DNA from: Saprolegnia diclina VS20
Lineage: Eukaryota
Assembly (NCBI RefSeq): GCF_000281045.1
Contig: NW_008246075.1
Span: forward strand, 420,561-484,560
Length of the DNA: 64,000 nt
Reading direction: 5' to 3'
The notes beneath the pieces are model-generated. The model did no database searches. It was not told where the DNA came from and worked only from the letters and a program-made list of their open reading frames with translations. Below, piece by piece: positions 24,607-38,492 of the stretch. Numbering within the stretch: the first letter of the stretch is position 1; every line of letters begins with the position of its first letter. The position numbers and the translations under genes are program-made.

Positions 24607-25220
24607 CTAGAAGGCGCTGCCTTCAGGGTGCTGGGGAAGGCGCTTGTTGGCAGGCGACGCCATTTCGTTGCGCAGAGAGACCAAGACTTGCTCGATGCCC
24701 GAGTTGCGGTTCCACGACGCCAGCACACCTACATGCAGTACCGTGAGCGTGGAGATACCGCGAGCGCGTGTGTCTCTACCGATACGACGGGGGTCCACGC
24801 GGCCGTTGGACTGGTCAACGCACGACATGTTGATGCGGCTCGTAAAATAGACGTCCGGCGGCTGGTTCGGGTAGTGCTCGCCGCAGTGGATCTTCAAGCT
24901 GTAAATACGCCCATCATGGCACGTCTAGTGCAAGCGTGAGGCCGGGGACGAGTGGCGAGACGATGCGTACGCCGGCAGGGCCAAGAATTGTGCCGATCCA
25001 GCTCGTGAGGAAGATGTCGTCCGCCTGCTCGAGGCCGTAGCTGATGCTCATGTCGCCGTGGCCCTTCTCGGCGCTCTCGAGCTCCTCCAAGAGCTTAAAG
25101 TTGCGCGGAACTAGGGTGCATGGCGTTAGCATCGTCGGGGGAAGCATGGCCGACGGCCTCGGCGCAGTCCGTCGGCGCGGGCAACGTACTGATCACGACC
25201 TCGGCTCCAGACTTCGCCAT
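24607..25220 (-). CDS. MMS2: Ubiquitin-conjugating enzyme E2 variant (MMS2/UEV1), spliced
   Basis: [47 protein letters not shown]. Confidence 0.93.
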
Positions 25221-27103
25221 CATCTTCCTGACGTCGCAAATTCGGCTTGTGGCGTTTTTTTCTTTGGCGAAGCTGGGGTGTTTTTAATCACACAATCGGA
25301 CACGACGATTGGCTATCACATTGGCTTTTTAGCCAATCCATGGAGTTTCCAAAAAGCGCATTCTCTGCAGGCGCGCTTCAGACTCAATAACGGGCCTGTG
25401 TCTCCCCATTAGAAGAGTCTCCGCAGCCCACTTATATGACCAAGCTTTCAATTCGTTTGATCGTCGACTGCACTTCTTTACGCAGTGTGGACCGCGTTGT
25501 TGTTTTGACACGACCAGCTCCTAAAATTGGCTCTCTGGCCACGAGCGCCCCGCGGTTGCGCAAGTGACGGCGAGAGTGGGGCGCTGGGAATATCCCTTAT
25601 ATACGCTCACCTTGCGACGTACTAGTATAGAACTAAAGCAAGGCCAAGAAGCCCCAGTGAGCAGCTCATTTATGTTGGTAACCATGCTGAATCTCGTTGC
25701 CTTTGCATACCTTGTTCGACCGATTGATGCTGATCAGAGCTGACCGCGCTTGGTACGGCAGCCGTGGTTATTCTATCGCTGTCGAAGAACGTTCTCCATG
25801 GTTGCGGGACCCACCCATACCCCAGAACTTCATTACTGTGATGCAGCCGAGTTCTTGCGCTACACGTCGGATGGATGCCCAGCTGCCACCGTTGTCTCCC
25901 GCTCCCGCACAGCGTCCCTTACCGTGTCCACGAATGTAGTCGCCGTCGATGGAGTTCATGGCGCCCGTTGCGCGATACGCTATGCTTTAGCTACGTTTGT
26001 TGGATCCTGCAACCGGATGGCTCGGCTTGACTTGGTGCTGGGAACAGACGTGAAACCCGGATTACCGCCAAAGATCGCCATCGGTTCACTCTGTAGACTG
26101 ACGAGCATCGCTGCCATCGCCAACGTCATTGCGATCAGAGACGCATGGTGGACGCAATCCCGACATGTAGACATCCACAGGGCCGGACGAGACTCTCCAG
26201 TACATGTTCGTCATTGACAAGCTTCCGCGCAACGGACTCGAGATCAATCACGCCCTTCCACGTGCACTCATTACCGACGAGAACGTCAAACTACTAGTAG
26301 TGACCAAGATCAAGACTACCCCAAGGGCTTTTGCCTCGTGCATGATAGCCGGGCTGCGAGACGATAACAACACGGTAAGCGTCAAGAAGGAGACTGTTTC
26401 AGCAACCGACTGCGCCGAGCTAAAGTTGATGACGTGCATGTTGATGTGCGGCTTGGAAGGACACTCTTCGTTGCTATCTTTATGGACCTCGCATCAATAA
26501 CGCCAGCAACCCTTACACTTTGCGCCTGATTGCATCGGCGGTGCGAACGGCTGGCAAACACTGGCACATCTGCCGAGCATTCGGCCAGACCCACACGCTG
26601 GACGACATTGTGATGCAGCTTGCAACAACTTGCTCTCAGCTGGTGAATATGTTGCCGCTTCGCCCTGCAACGGTCTGTGCACCGATGGGACCGATGGGCG
26701 AGCATTGCGCGAAGCTCGACCTTCGGGCTTTCCGTCGTGCTAACGTTGTCGTTTGGTGAGTTATCGGCAATATTGTGTCAAGGGTTTCCCGCCATGCTAC
26801 ATCGTCTTCGACCGCCCGCTCGCCTTCTCCCTCCCGCTATGGATACATTCGAGGGCTTTTTGGCCAATCAAACGCGTCTGCACTGGACAAATTCGATAGA
26901 ATGTCGGTCGTTTGATGGTATTTTAATACTTTCGTCGGCCCTCGTGGCAAATAATTGAGAGGTGATCGGACAATCTTACTTAGTATTTGTATGTGGAGAA
27001 TAAAAATGTGCGGCGGATTGTAACTGGCTAGGACGATCAGAAACACGGAACGAATATTAATTTTTCCAGTTGGCGATTTTTGACGATAGCCGGAAGCAGC
27101 ATC

Positions 27104-27856
27104 ATGATGCCAATGGAGACGGCGACGACGCACCCTGCCTCGACCAAGGCCGCGGTGAGCACGACGGTCATGACGGCCGCCGAGTACGGCAAGCTGCCGC
27201 CTCTGAACCCTGACGACCTCAAGGCGCCGGCGCCGCCGCCGAGCGCAGCGGCCAAGGTCACGAACTCGGACGACTCGATGTCGCTCGGCGAGGTCTGGGA
27301 AGAGATCAAGGGCAAGCTCTCGGAGGTTGTCATGGGCTCGTCGGTCTCGGGCATCCTCAGCGTCATCCGCATCTTCAACCTCGTGCTTGCGGGCCTCATG
27401 ATCACGATCTGCATCCTCGAGATGATCAACAGCCCCAACTTTTCGAGCGCCGTCAGCAACATCATGGCTGTCATCTACACCATGTACGTCCGCATGGCCC
27501 ATGCAAGTGACTCATGTGCGCTTGTGTAGCATGTTTGCGCTCATCTTGGTCGCCTACGAGACGCGTACGCAGTCGTTTGACGAGTTCCTACGTGCCAACT
27601 ATGGCTTTATGTACAACCCGTGGGGCCGCTGCCTGTTCTTGGCCATGATCTCGATCTTCCCGTTTGGCATGTTTAGCCCCTACGGCTGGATGGTCTCGGT
27701 CGCGGGCTTCATCAACGCCTACTTCAACTACTTTGTCATCACGCAGGTGTGACCATCGAGAGCTCTCTACGTCGTCTCACATCTTATTTGTAGCACCCCT
27801 CTTTCACGCGTGGTGTCCCGGACTACGTCCCGCCCTCGGTTGACACGACGGTCTAG
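27104..27856 (+). CDS. COPI-associated / Tvp15-like Golgi membrane protein, spliced
   Basis: Four TM segments, YGFMYNPWGRCLFL motif, C-terminal HPSF. Two introns. Confidence 0.75.
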
Positions 27857-28343
27857 GCCCCGGGCTTGAACATTCAAAGGCGCGCTCTCGAGCGCCGCCA
27901 AATATCATATTGATTCATTTCCGCTGGATCATTCTTCTTGCGTTGTCCATTACGTTGGTCCCACCCGTAGCCTCCACTGGTTTGCTGGCGTACACACGTG
28001 ATTATTGACAAAAGACCACGACAAAGTACGTGCGACGATTGATCCCAGCAGAGCCATTCTGCGTGGTGGTTGGCCATGGCCATGCAGAGGCTGCTGGTTG
28101 TGCAGTTGTGAGACTTGCCAAGCTTCCGATACGCCACGCTAAGAGCTGCAGTACCTCTCGACAACACTTTCCACGGTCTACCTCGGCCGCTAGAGGTGTT
28201 GCGGTATGCTAATCGCTCGATGGGGCTGCTCGGCTCAATTGCATCGTGGTTGAGCCAGTCTAGGTTGCGTGGAAATAGCCATCCGGATACAGAATTCGAA
28301 ATTCGAAGGGTATCTTCAAGTCGGCCATTCGTCAAGTGCAATC

Positions 28344-29743
28344 ATGAAGACAACAGCGAAGCGCGCGCGGGCATCGCTCGAAGAGCTCGTCAACTACTTT
28401 TTTGGGCTCAAGAGCCGCGTGTGCGACGTTCCGATCTCGGTCGACTTTATCATTTGGCGCCAGAACCTCTCGCTCCTCTCGATGCAGTCGGTCTTGCTCA
28501 ATGGCATGGTACCGCAATTGCTGCTTGTCTATCGGCATCTTAGTCGTCTTATAGCTCTACCACGAGTACCGGTTTTCGTTCTTCGTCTTTGCGTCCATTT
28601 GGGTCGGTCGGTCGTTCCACAACGCGCAGTACAACAAAAAGTTTGGGCCGCGCGGGATCCTCTCGCATTTGGAGAAGCCGATCAGCTTTCTCAAGATGAA
28701 CTTTCTCGTGAGCGTCATGCTCATCACGTCGTTCGTCTGCCTCTGGCGGTCCACGCACGACATGGCCAACCTTGCGCTCACGGTCTTCCTTCCGTACGAC
28801 GTTATTCGCCTTGTCTATCGAGACGCGATATGAAATGTGCCGTGTAGGTGCGCGTGCAGCGTTGCGCTCGATCGCTGGCGCCTGGACCCGCGCTACAAGA
28901 CGCCTATTGCGCTCCTGTACAGTCTTGAGAGTGCATATTTCGTCTCGGTGGCGACGCTCGTCTTGGAGCGGGTACGCCTCGCATTCCTTCAAGCCTCTCC
29001 TAATCAATGCTGCTAGAACCCATACCTAATCTACGACGCGCCATCGACGCGCGCGGTCATGTACACAGCGGTCTTCAACAACGTCATGGGCTTCCTCGCT
29101 CGGTACGATAGATCGTCGGTTGTGACCTGTGTGCAAAGCCAACTGCCAACTAGGTATTTTATCGAGCACTATACGATTCGGCAAATTCAAGCTCAAGAGC
29201 TCCACGGCTGGAAGCAGCTCCATGATGCAGACGATGCACCCGAAGCTCCGGCGGCATGGAGTCCAGGAACACTGTACAAGGAGTCGGCGGTTGTGGCCCA
29301 TGGCGGCAAGCACTGGATGGCTGTCGGACGGCTGCACGGCAACATGGCCGAGCCGGGGTCGTGGCGCAACCGATGGCATGTGCTTCTGTGGCTCAAACCA
29401 TTCCGAGTGCTGACGCTGCTCATGTTTTTGCAAATTTGCCACGTTGTTGGGACCGCCATCTACGCACTTTGCAGCGACTCGTGGGTCATCATGGGGTGCG
29501 AACGCGTCGGCTACGTTCCTTAGCTGACTTGTCGTGTGGATGTGTAGGGGCATGGTGTTTGTGAACGCCGACTACATGCAGCTACTCCACTCGATCCGAT
29601 TTGCTGTGCTCGGAAAGACAGCACGCAACGTCATGATGACGCGTCAGACGACGGCGGCGTTGCCCGCGACGCTGCAGACAGTCATCGATCCGAACGTGAT
29701 TGCCAATCAAACGATTAGCCACAGCGGTCTTCCCGCCCTTTAA
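28344..29743 (+). CDS. TMEM39 family membrane protein, spliced
   Basis: WSPGTLYKESAVVAHGGKHWMAVG..NMAEPG..KPFRVL resembles the conserved TMEM39 C-terminal region. Multi-TM. Confidence 0.7.
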
Positions 29744-29800
29744 GAAAACACGCATTTTCATGTTACATCTATACCTATCTTGATATGAGACGGCGTCGTG

Positions 29801-30019
29801 CTACGCTCCGCTGCGCTCCTGCGCAGCAAGATGGTCGGCCTTGACTTGGGCGCAGCAGGCCTTGTAGGCGTCCAGCTCCAACTTGCAGCGCTTCTCCTGG
29901 TAGTCGTTGCGCGCGAGACACCACTGGATCGCACACGCCTTCTTCTGGCACGAGGCTTGGAAGAGCGCGTCCCAGTTGACAGTAGAATCGCCTTGCGTTC
30001 CCTTGTGCACCTCGTCCAT
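29801..30019 (-). CDS. CMC4: Cx9C motif protein CMC4/MTCP1-p8-like
   Basis: CQKKACAIQWCLARNDYQEKRC....YKACC cysteine spacing. Confidence 0.8.
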   Translation of the reverse strand: MDEVHKGTQGDSTVNWDALFQASCQKKACAIQWCLARNDYQEKRCKLELDAYKACCAQVKADHLAAQERSGA

Positions 30020-30379
30020 CTTCGCGAAATTGCACTTCCTCGGAAATTCAATGTAGCATATCTATAGGTTTGCACAGGTTTTTCTTGTGTCGATTGCGAT
30101 TGGCCGAGAGGTGGCGGCGGTTTCAGCGACCTTTCGAGACCAGCGCAGCGTGAAAGTCACTTGCTCGGATACAACGAGTCAATGCTAACGCGAGCTATTG
30201 TGCCCTTGATGCAAGTTTCAAGCATGCCCGTCGTGCAGCGGAGCGTCTGGTGCAGCTACTCCACAAGTGTATTAGGTTGCGTCCGCGTAGTTAGTCGACT
30301 TGATCGAGGCATCAAGTTCTCATTGCACCAGCTGCAAACATATTGAAGGCGCCATCGAGGGACCAGTACGCTGAATCGA

Positions 30380-31126
30380 CTAGATGTTGACATTATCGCT
30401 AGACTCTGAACTTGATGCATTGCGGAAACGCTTGACATACTTGGCCTTGAGCTGCCCCAAAATGTTGGCGTCTTCGACGGTGTGCGTCTGAAGCGCCAAT
30501 TGGAGCAGCATGTAGTCGGCGAAAAGATCGTTATGCACATTGTGCGCACGAGCGAGGTTCTCCACGGCGCGCATTAAGGACGGCTCAGTGTCCGCCTTGC
30601 GCTTGTCTCGCTTGGGCATCTCGGTTGCTACGTCCTCTTGATCGTCGCTGCTTTCGTCGTCGTCTCGCTCGTTGTTTGCGTCGGCTTGCTCACGATTCGC
30701 GTCACTGCTCTCTTGTCCGGATGGGAGCTTGCTGTGACTTGCCTTGCCGTAGCGCCATTTCCGGCATCCACGCAGCGCCTGCCACGTCTTTTCGTACAGG
30801 AACGCCTCGTGCTCGAGCGACACGTGCAACGCGTGCGCGTCCTGGATGCACTCGTCGTCGGTCTTGCGCTCGGCGCAGCGACTTTGCACTTGGTCGACGC
30901 AGTCGGCAAACTTGTGCGATAGCCGGTTGAGGATGCTCCAGCGGTTCTTGATGGCTTGCTGCGTGCGCGCGCTGGAGCCTCCTGCAGTCCAATGCGCGTG
31001 TACATTGGCCCAAAAAGTGTCGTTCGACGCGTCTTCGCCCTTGACAGAGTCGTCTTCGGTGACGTGGACCCACGACCGAGCCAGTTGAACGTCCTCGGCC
31101 GACGACCACTTTGTTCCTTTGCCCAT
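30380..31126 (-). CDS. Myb/SANT-like DNA-binding protein (NAM-associated / Harbinger ORF2-like)
   Basis: KWSSAEDVQLARSW, FW, RTQQAIKNRW, F.Y...W..LR...KW. Confidence 0.8.
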   Translation of the reverse strand: MGKGTKWSSAEDVQLARSWVHVTEDDSVKGEDASNDTFWANVHAHWTAGGSSARTQQAIKNRWSILNRLSHKFADCVDQVQSRCAERKTDDECIQDAHALHVSLEHEAFLYEKTWQALRGCRKWRYGKASHSKLPSGQESSDANREQADANNERDDDESSDDQEDVATEMPKRDKRKADTEPSLMRAVENLARAHNVHNDLFADYMLLQLALQTHTVEDANILGQLKAKYVKRFRNASSSESSDNVNI

Positions 31127-31356
31127 GGCGCTTTAACAACTGGTCGCCAAGCACAGCCGAATAGAAACGTACGACGCGGAATAGTGTGCAATTCGATAAA
31201 TAGAGTTCTGAGTTAGAAACGCGTGCCGTGAAATACTGTGTGGCGTTGCCAATGGACGCATCGACGAGACAAACGAGTCGAGTATTGGTGCGTTCAAGGA
31301 CGGCAGTCCAAGTACTACGTTTAGTGGGTTTAAAAAGCTGGTCGCGTGCTCTGCGT

Positions 31357-32176
31357 TTAGCTATGGTCTTCCACCGTGTACGACGTCAAGCTAAAGACCG
31401 TCGGCCCGGTGGCGTTGATCTTGTGCTCGGGCTGGTGCAGCACGATCGCATTGACATGTCCCGCGTCTTGCTTCTGTAATGACAGCCAACAACGTGATGA
31501 GAAACCTCCTGGTGTGCATACCATTGACGTACGTGGACTTTGGACGAGGACACGACGCAGCCACACTCGACGACCTCGGCGCCGAGCTGTTGCATGAGCT
31601 GGCACGTGACGAGCAGCGTGTTGCCCTATTCGTAGCGCAAAAAAGCTGGTGATGTAGACGGCGCCGGAGCAAGCAGTACCGTCGCGACAAGATCATCGAT
31701 GAGGATGACGCGGCTGCCCTTGGGGATCGCGTCGTCGTGCACTTCAAAGCGACCATGGTAAAAGCCCGACGTGTAGTCGATGCCAATGACGTGGCCTGGG
31801 AGCTTGCGCGCGCGGCGAACCGGCACGAAGGCGCCTACAAACATGCTGCTTCAGGTCCTCGAAGGGCGATTCGAAACCATACACTTCAACGCGAGCGCGA
31901 GCGGCGCGCCAAAGATAAAGCCGCGCGACTCGCAGCTTACAACGTGCGTGATACCCTTGTCCTTGTAGCGCTGGAGAAAGGCGTCGATCGTGATTTGGAA
32001 GGCTTCGGGGTCGAGTACGAGCGTCGTCACGTCCCTAGCCATCGCCTGAGCCTCGGCGCCGGGTGCCAGTAGTACCAGAAGTCTGAGCCCGGCTTGGGAA
32101 AGTCTGGGATTGTGCGGATCTTGGTCTTGAGGTAGTTGGAGAGCGCTTCGGGGTCGGCGAGCAGCGCGGCCGTCAT
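31357..32176 (-). CDS. APRT: Adenine phosphoribosyltransferase, spliced (about 4 introns)
   Basis: IRTIPDFPKPG, ESRGFIFGAPLA, FVPVRRARKLPG, PRPP-binding VILIDDLVATG. Confidence 0.88.
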
Positions 32177-32491
32177 GGTGCAGCGTTGGTGCCAAAGCAA
32201 AAATCTAAGAACTCCATAAATACATACCCGAGTAAATATCCAAAGATACAGGTTTGCCGTTTCAGTCGTGATGATGCTTGTCCACGCAGCACACGACAGC
32301 ACAAGACAGCACGAGACTGCTGTCGAGCTCCTGCAGCAGCAGCGCTAGAGACAACGTGGCGCTCGCAGCAGCCATGAGATCCGACGCCAGCTCGAATTAC
32401 AAGCCTTCGACGCTCGGCGCGTCCGTGAGTCGTATCCGGATGCGATCTTTTGTCGAAGGGTGCGAGTCGCACTTTCTATTCAACGAGTCGG

Positions 32492-33701
<1,210 letters not shown>

Positions 33702-33876
33702 CGACTTTTGCTTCTCAATTGCATTCGACTTCAGCTGCGAAATAAGTCGAACGCGAAGGACAGGAAGGCAGCCCAGGCGCGATTAACTTCAGCGAAGTAC
33801 ACAACTCCTCGTTTGACACCACGTCATCAGGGTTGCCACAAAACGGGAGAATTTTCTTGAGCATACAATAGTCGTA

Positions 33877-34949
33877 TCAAAGCAAATGCATGACGACGTA
33901 GGCGCCGACGAGGTACCCAGCGTCCGACAAGCCAGCCACCAAAAGAGTCACGGTTTCGGAGTAGCCGCAGTCGCCGATTTGAACGATCTTGGCGTCGCGG
34001 AGGTGCTCGCGCATGTAGGCCTTGAGCGGCCGGATCAACTGGGCGCACAAAGGCTCTTCTTCGTCGAGATTACCAAGCTTTTCGCACACATCTTCGTATT
34101 CGTGGTTGTAGACGCCTTCGAACCAATCGTGCGTCGAGCACGTGCCGGGATGGATGCCGAACATCGTGCAAAATCGTTTCCAGTCGCTGTCCCAACTCAT
34201 GCATCCCCCTTCGTAATTGTCGTCTTCTTGCAGCGTCGCCAAACGCTGCGGCAAGGTACAGAGGCGACAGCACCCAGCGTCGTCAATGTTGAGCCAATGG
34301 GCCATAAGACTGTTGCCGAGATCTATGGAATCGACACATGAGTCGCCCAAACTACAGTTGTGTCGGTCGTACGCGTGTTGTTTCGCGAGTAGACGACGTT
34401 GTCGTCGTCGCCAAAGATAGCGGCCACCTCCGATCGCCCCCACGTCGTCTTGTCAATGAGCAGGTCGTGCTGGAAGAGAACCGGCTGGAAATAATGGTAC
34501 TTCTGGCCGGAGAGCCGGCTGGTATACTCCCCAAACTCGGGCTTGAGGCGCGCAAGCCATGCCCCGATGCGATTGCGGTGTCGCAGTGCCGTGTATAGCG
34601 CGCGAGAGTCGACGTTGCTGGCCATGGCCGCCGCCACCAAGTGCTCGCGGTACTGCAGATATATCTCGTCGTCGTCATCTGGCACGGGCAGCGGCCCGAG
34701 GTACCCGTTGTTCACGAGGCGTTTATGCAGCGACGCCACAATGTACTTTTCGTCGGAGCGCGCACAATTGCTGAGGCGGCGCCAGTCTTCATCGACCGTG
34801 TCTAGATCCAGGACCTCGTACAAGTCGGGGCAGAGGCGCGCGCAGTGGTCCGAGTAGCTCGCAATGAGCTCAAGGAGCGGCGGCGACGTCAAGACTGTCA
34901 CCGCGACGTCCTCGATGCGGCATACGCGCTTGTTGTTGTGGCTTGCCAT
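33877..34949 (-). CDS. Hypothetical protein (two overlapping ORF segments, probably spliced) with NuiA-like C-terminus
   Basis: ORFs 34323-34949 and 33877-34443 show coding-like codon use. N-terminal VLTSPPLLELIASY motif. Confidence 0.55.
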
Positions 34950-35355
34950 GACGTGAACAATGCAACAATGAAGTCGACCAGCGAGGATACTCGAAAGAAC
35001 AGATGGTGGTGATGATACGTGTGAGTGCTGGTCTTTCTGCTTCGATTATTGTCATAGGAAGAGGACAGCCATCCATTGAGTCTTCATGGCCAGGACTATA
35101 CAAATGGGTGTCGAGACCATCACCCCCATGGAATGTAATACTCTTGTTTAAACGCAGCTCACTTCCCGCGACGTCGACGCGGCAAATACTGTAGTCCCAG
35201 CAATTCATACTCCTTCGCGCTTGCATCTGGGTTGCCCTCGTCGTCTCGGTAGAAATAGTGTAATTACGGGTGCTGTAGGAAGGTTTGCTATACAAAGTCT
35301 ATGGCCGAAGGACGCCATGGATGTACTTGCCGGCGCCAACCGTCGGCTCCTCGCG

Positions 35356-37779
35356 TCACGACTTGGCACTCTCTCGTCCTGGAGTGCCGAGCTGACACCT
35401 TGCTTTGACGCGCTTGTAGTCGTCCTTCTTGACAAATGAGAGCGCGACGGGGCCCTGGACGCTCTCAAAGATGCGCTTGACCTCGACGAGTTCCTTGTCG
35501 TCGGCCGAGAGACCGTTGATGGCCATGAGCACGTCGCCAATGTCAACGCCGCCGCACGCCGCCGCCTGCGACCGCTCGAGCACGCGGTTGACAACGACAA
35601 CGTGGTCGTCGACGGCAAACTCGAGGCCGAGCGGCGCGTCGCCGTTGAGCTCGAGCTCCTGCAGTACGACGAGCGACTGGACGTACTCGATCGCAATCTC
35701 AAGGCACGTGACAAAGTACGCCGTCTCGCCTTGGTTGGCCATCGGCGTGAACGCGACGAGGAGGTCCTTGAGCGTCAAAATATCTTCAATGTGGCACTGC
35801 ACGACCACATAGATGAACGCCGGAATGAACGCGTCGGCGCTCATGGCGCCTTCGACCAAGTGCTCGGCGGCCGCGACTGCATAAATGGTCTTGCACGCTT
35901 GCACGAGCTTGGCGCGCTTGGTATAGGGCAGCGAGCACGCATCGATCTCGTTCATGACAGCGACGGCGGCGGCGTACCCGGATGGCGACACGGCTGTGAT
36001 GCCGAAGTACACTTGCTTCTTGGCGCGTAAGAGCTCGAGCCGGTCTTGAAGGAGGCGAACGTCCTTCTTCGTCTTTGTCATGAGCGACGTGTACACGATG
36101 CGGTGCAAGGGGTAGAACACGCGCTCTTCGACCTGCTCCGAGATGATTTGCGCGATGAGCTCAAAGCTGCCGTCGTCGTGATTGCTGTTGTTGGACGTGC
36201 CGTCAATGCCCGCGATCCCCCGGAACTCGTGCATGCGCGTCTGGATCATGTACTCGGTGAGTCCTTCGATAAAGTGCCGGATCGCATCCAAATGCATCGT
36301 TTTGGCCGACGTGTCTTTGAGAAATTTGGTGCTAAGATATCACAAATGTCAACATATTGGGAAGCCAAAATTGATGATTCGGCGTACCTCGTGGTGCCTT
36401 CGGGTGAGTAGGGCGAAATGAGAATGAGCTGGGCCTCGCGTGCAATCTCGCGCGCAACGTCCGTCTTGGACTGGGGCTCGGCGGCGACAACGTCCGAGTC
36501 GTTGTCGCTCATGCTGCTGCCAACGGACAGCGTTGGTGACGGCTGGTCGTCGATCGTGTCGCAGTCGAGCACGTCGTGCTGGTTGTTGCTGCTGCTGTGA
36601 CTGCGCTTGTGCTGGTGGTGGCCGTCAATGGCCGCCGAGAGCGACGCGACCCAGATCATCAGATCTTCTTGCGAGTCGGCAAATACCGTGAGGACGCGGG
36701 ACCGCTTCGCCGATGAGTTTTCGGTGATGCAAAAGCTGTGGCGTTCGCCCGTCTTGCGCGTGTCAAAAAGCTCTACTGACGTGTTCGGCCCGATGCAAAC
36801 GCTGCCTTTGGCTTTGACGACGTCGGGGCCTCGGTAATACATCAGCGCGCCGGCCGTCAAGCGAAAGTACCGCCGCTTGACCGACTTCATAAACTGGCCT
36901 TGCTTCCGGAGCCAGCCAGCATGCAAAAGCACGTCGTTGTCGTGCGCCGAAGAGGTCGAGGACGAGGCCGGGCGAGCCGCCAGCAAGGTCACGTTGCTGC
37001 AGTCTGCGAGCTTGCGGAGCCAGAGGTCGCGGTCGGCGTCGCAGGACGTGTACAGTAGCATCTCGTACGAGCCCTGGCGCAGTGCGAACCCGTGGTTCGC
37101 GAGCTCACACGCCGACGTGGGTTTGCGCAAGTCGAATTTGCCAAGGACGTTGGCCGGCGCCGATTGGTGCGAGTCATGGTACACGAGCTCGTGGCCGACA
37201 AGGCAGAAGAGACGGCGCTTGAAGCTCCAGTTGCGATGGCCGCGCTTGATGAGCCACCCAGAGTGATGCACGATCGGCTTGTACTCTTCTTTGATGACGG
37301 GCGCGGGCGGCGCCGTCGTTGACGTCGCCGGAATCGAAAGAAGCGTGTGGGCGGCGTCGCTCAAGTCATCGTCGTCGTCGTCATCATCGAGGTCGTGGGG
37401 CTGTTGCCACTCGGTCAGCGTCACGCGCTCCGTGTCGAGATGGCGCACAGACGCTTGCCGCTTGATGTCCAGTTTCTCTTGTAAGTGGATCGCGCGGAGG
37501 CTCGCCGTGCGCACCGACTCGACCGTGCGCTTCTTCCACTGGATGAGGTCCCTATCATGCGCATGAGCAGGGTGGCCAAGGAAGAAGAGCCTACGCGTCG
37601 ATGCTGGCAAAGCGCACGACTTGGCGAAAGGAGCGCGAGCTCGCAATGTCGAGCAGCGTCCGGCGCTGGCGCTCGCTGTTGCTGCGGCGTCGCTGGAGGT
37701 TGAAGATGGCGTCGAGCGGGTCGCTGGTCGGTGGCGGCTCGAGGAGCGCGTCCATGGGCACGGAAGGCAGCGACGTCAT
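35356..37779 (-). CDS. Tandem PH + VPS9 (Rab5 GEF) + PDZ domain protein, spliced
   Basis: HSGWLIKRG..KRR and HAGWLRKQG..KRRYFRL (PH); MSADAFIPAFIYVVV..GETAYFVTCLE (VPS9); PLGLEF..GDVLMAING (PDZ). Confidence 0.9.
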
Positions 37780-38492
37780 GGAGAGGACCAACCGTGTCAC
37801 GGGCGCGACGGTTGCCACTGTATAAAATGGACCAAAAGCCAGCCGACACTTCCCAAACGCATCCGGATAATGTATCCGACATTCAAAATGGCTGCGATTG
37901 GTGGAATTCAACCAATGAGCGGCGGAGCATCGTTCATGAGCTGGCAGTCCCATAAACCAGCGCGCTCCTGTCTCATGCGTCTCGGTGGCCACTCGGATTG
38001 ACGTGAATCCATGGTGGATAAACTTTTTGAATTCGTTTTTACTTTTTTTAAGAACTAGTTTTAATGGTGACGAACAATTAGCATTAATTGCTTTTGAAGA
38101 TAATACACCGTCGCTTCCGAGCAATTCCAGCTTGATCCTCACAAGCACGAGTGCTACCTGAGCGTTCTGTTGGTCTTTCACTTCACGAGTTTTTGCCTGA
38201 CAAGAACAACAAAGAAACTGACACGTCTTTGCGTTGGGCCACTGCATGAGAGAACCGTCAGCTGCGAGGCCTCAACCGTTGAAGTCCATACCATGCACTG
38301 GTGCGGTAGGTTTGTGGCGCGATGGTTGGAGATTGACCTTGCCCGCCGGTACGCCGCAAAAGGATACCGTGACCGAAGAGCGCGAGGGAAGTTACAGTGC
38401 GCCTGCTCGTGAAGAGGCCTGCACTGTGATTGGTGGCCGAACAGTCATCACGAAGAGTCGCCATGTAGATTCGGTGGCACAAGTCAAATTCG

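Noticed and set aside
25697..26958. Several short ORFs as a possible gene or pseudogene
   Set aside because: No recognisable motif, codon bias or consistent splice pattern; cannot be supported
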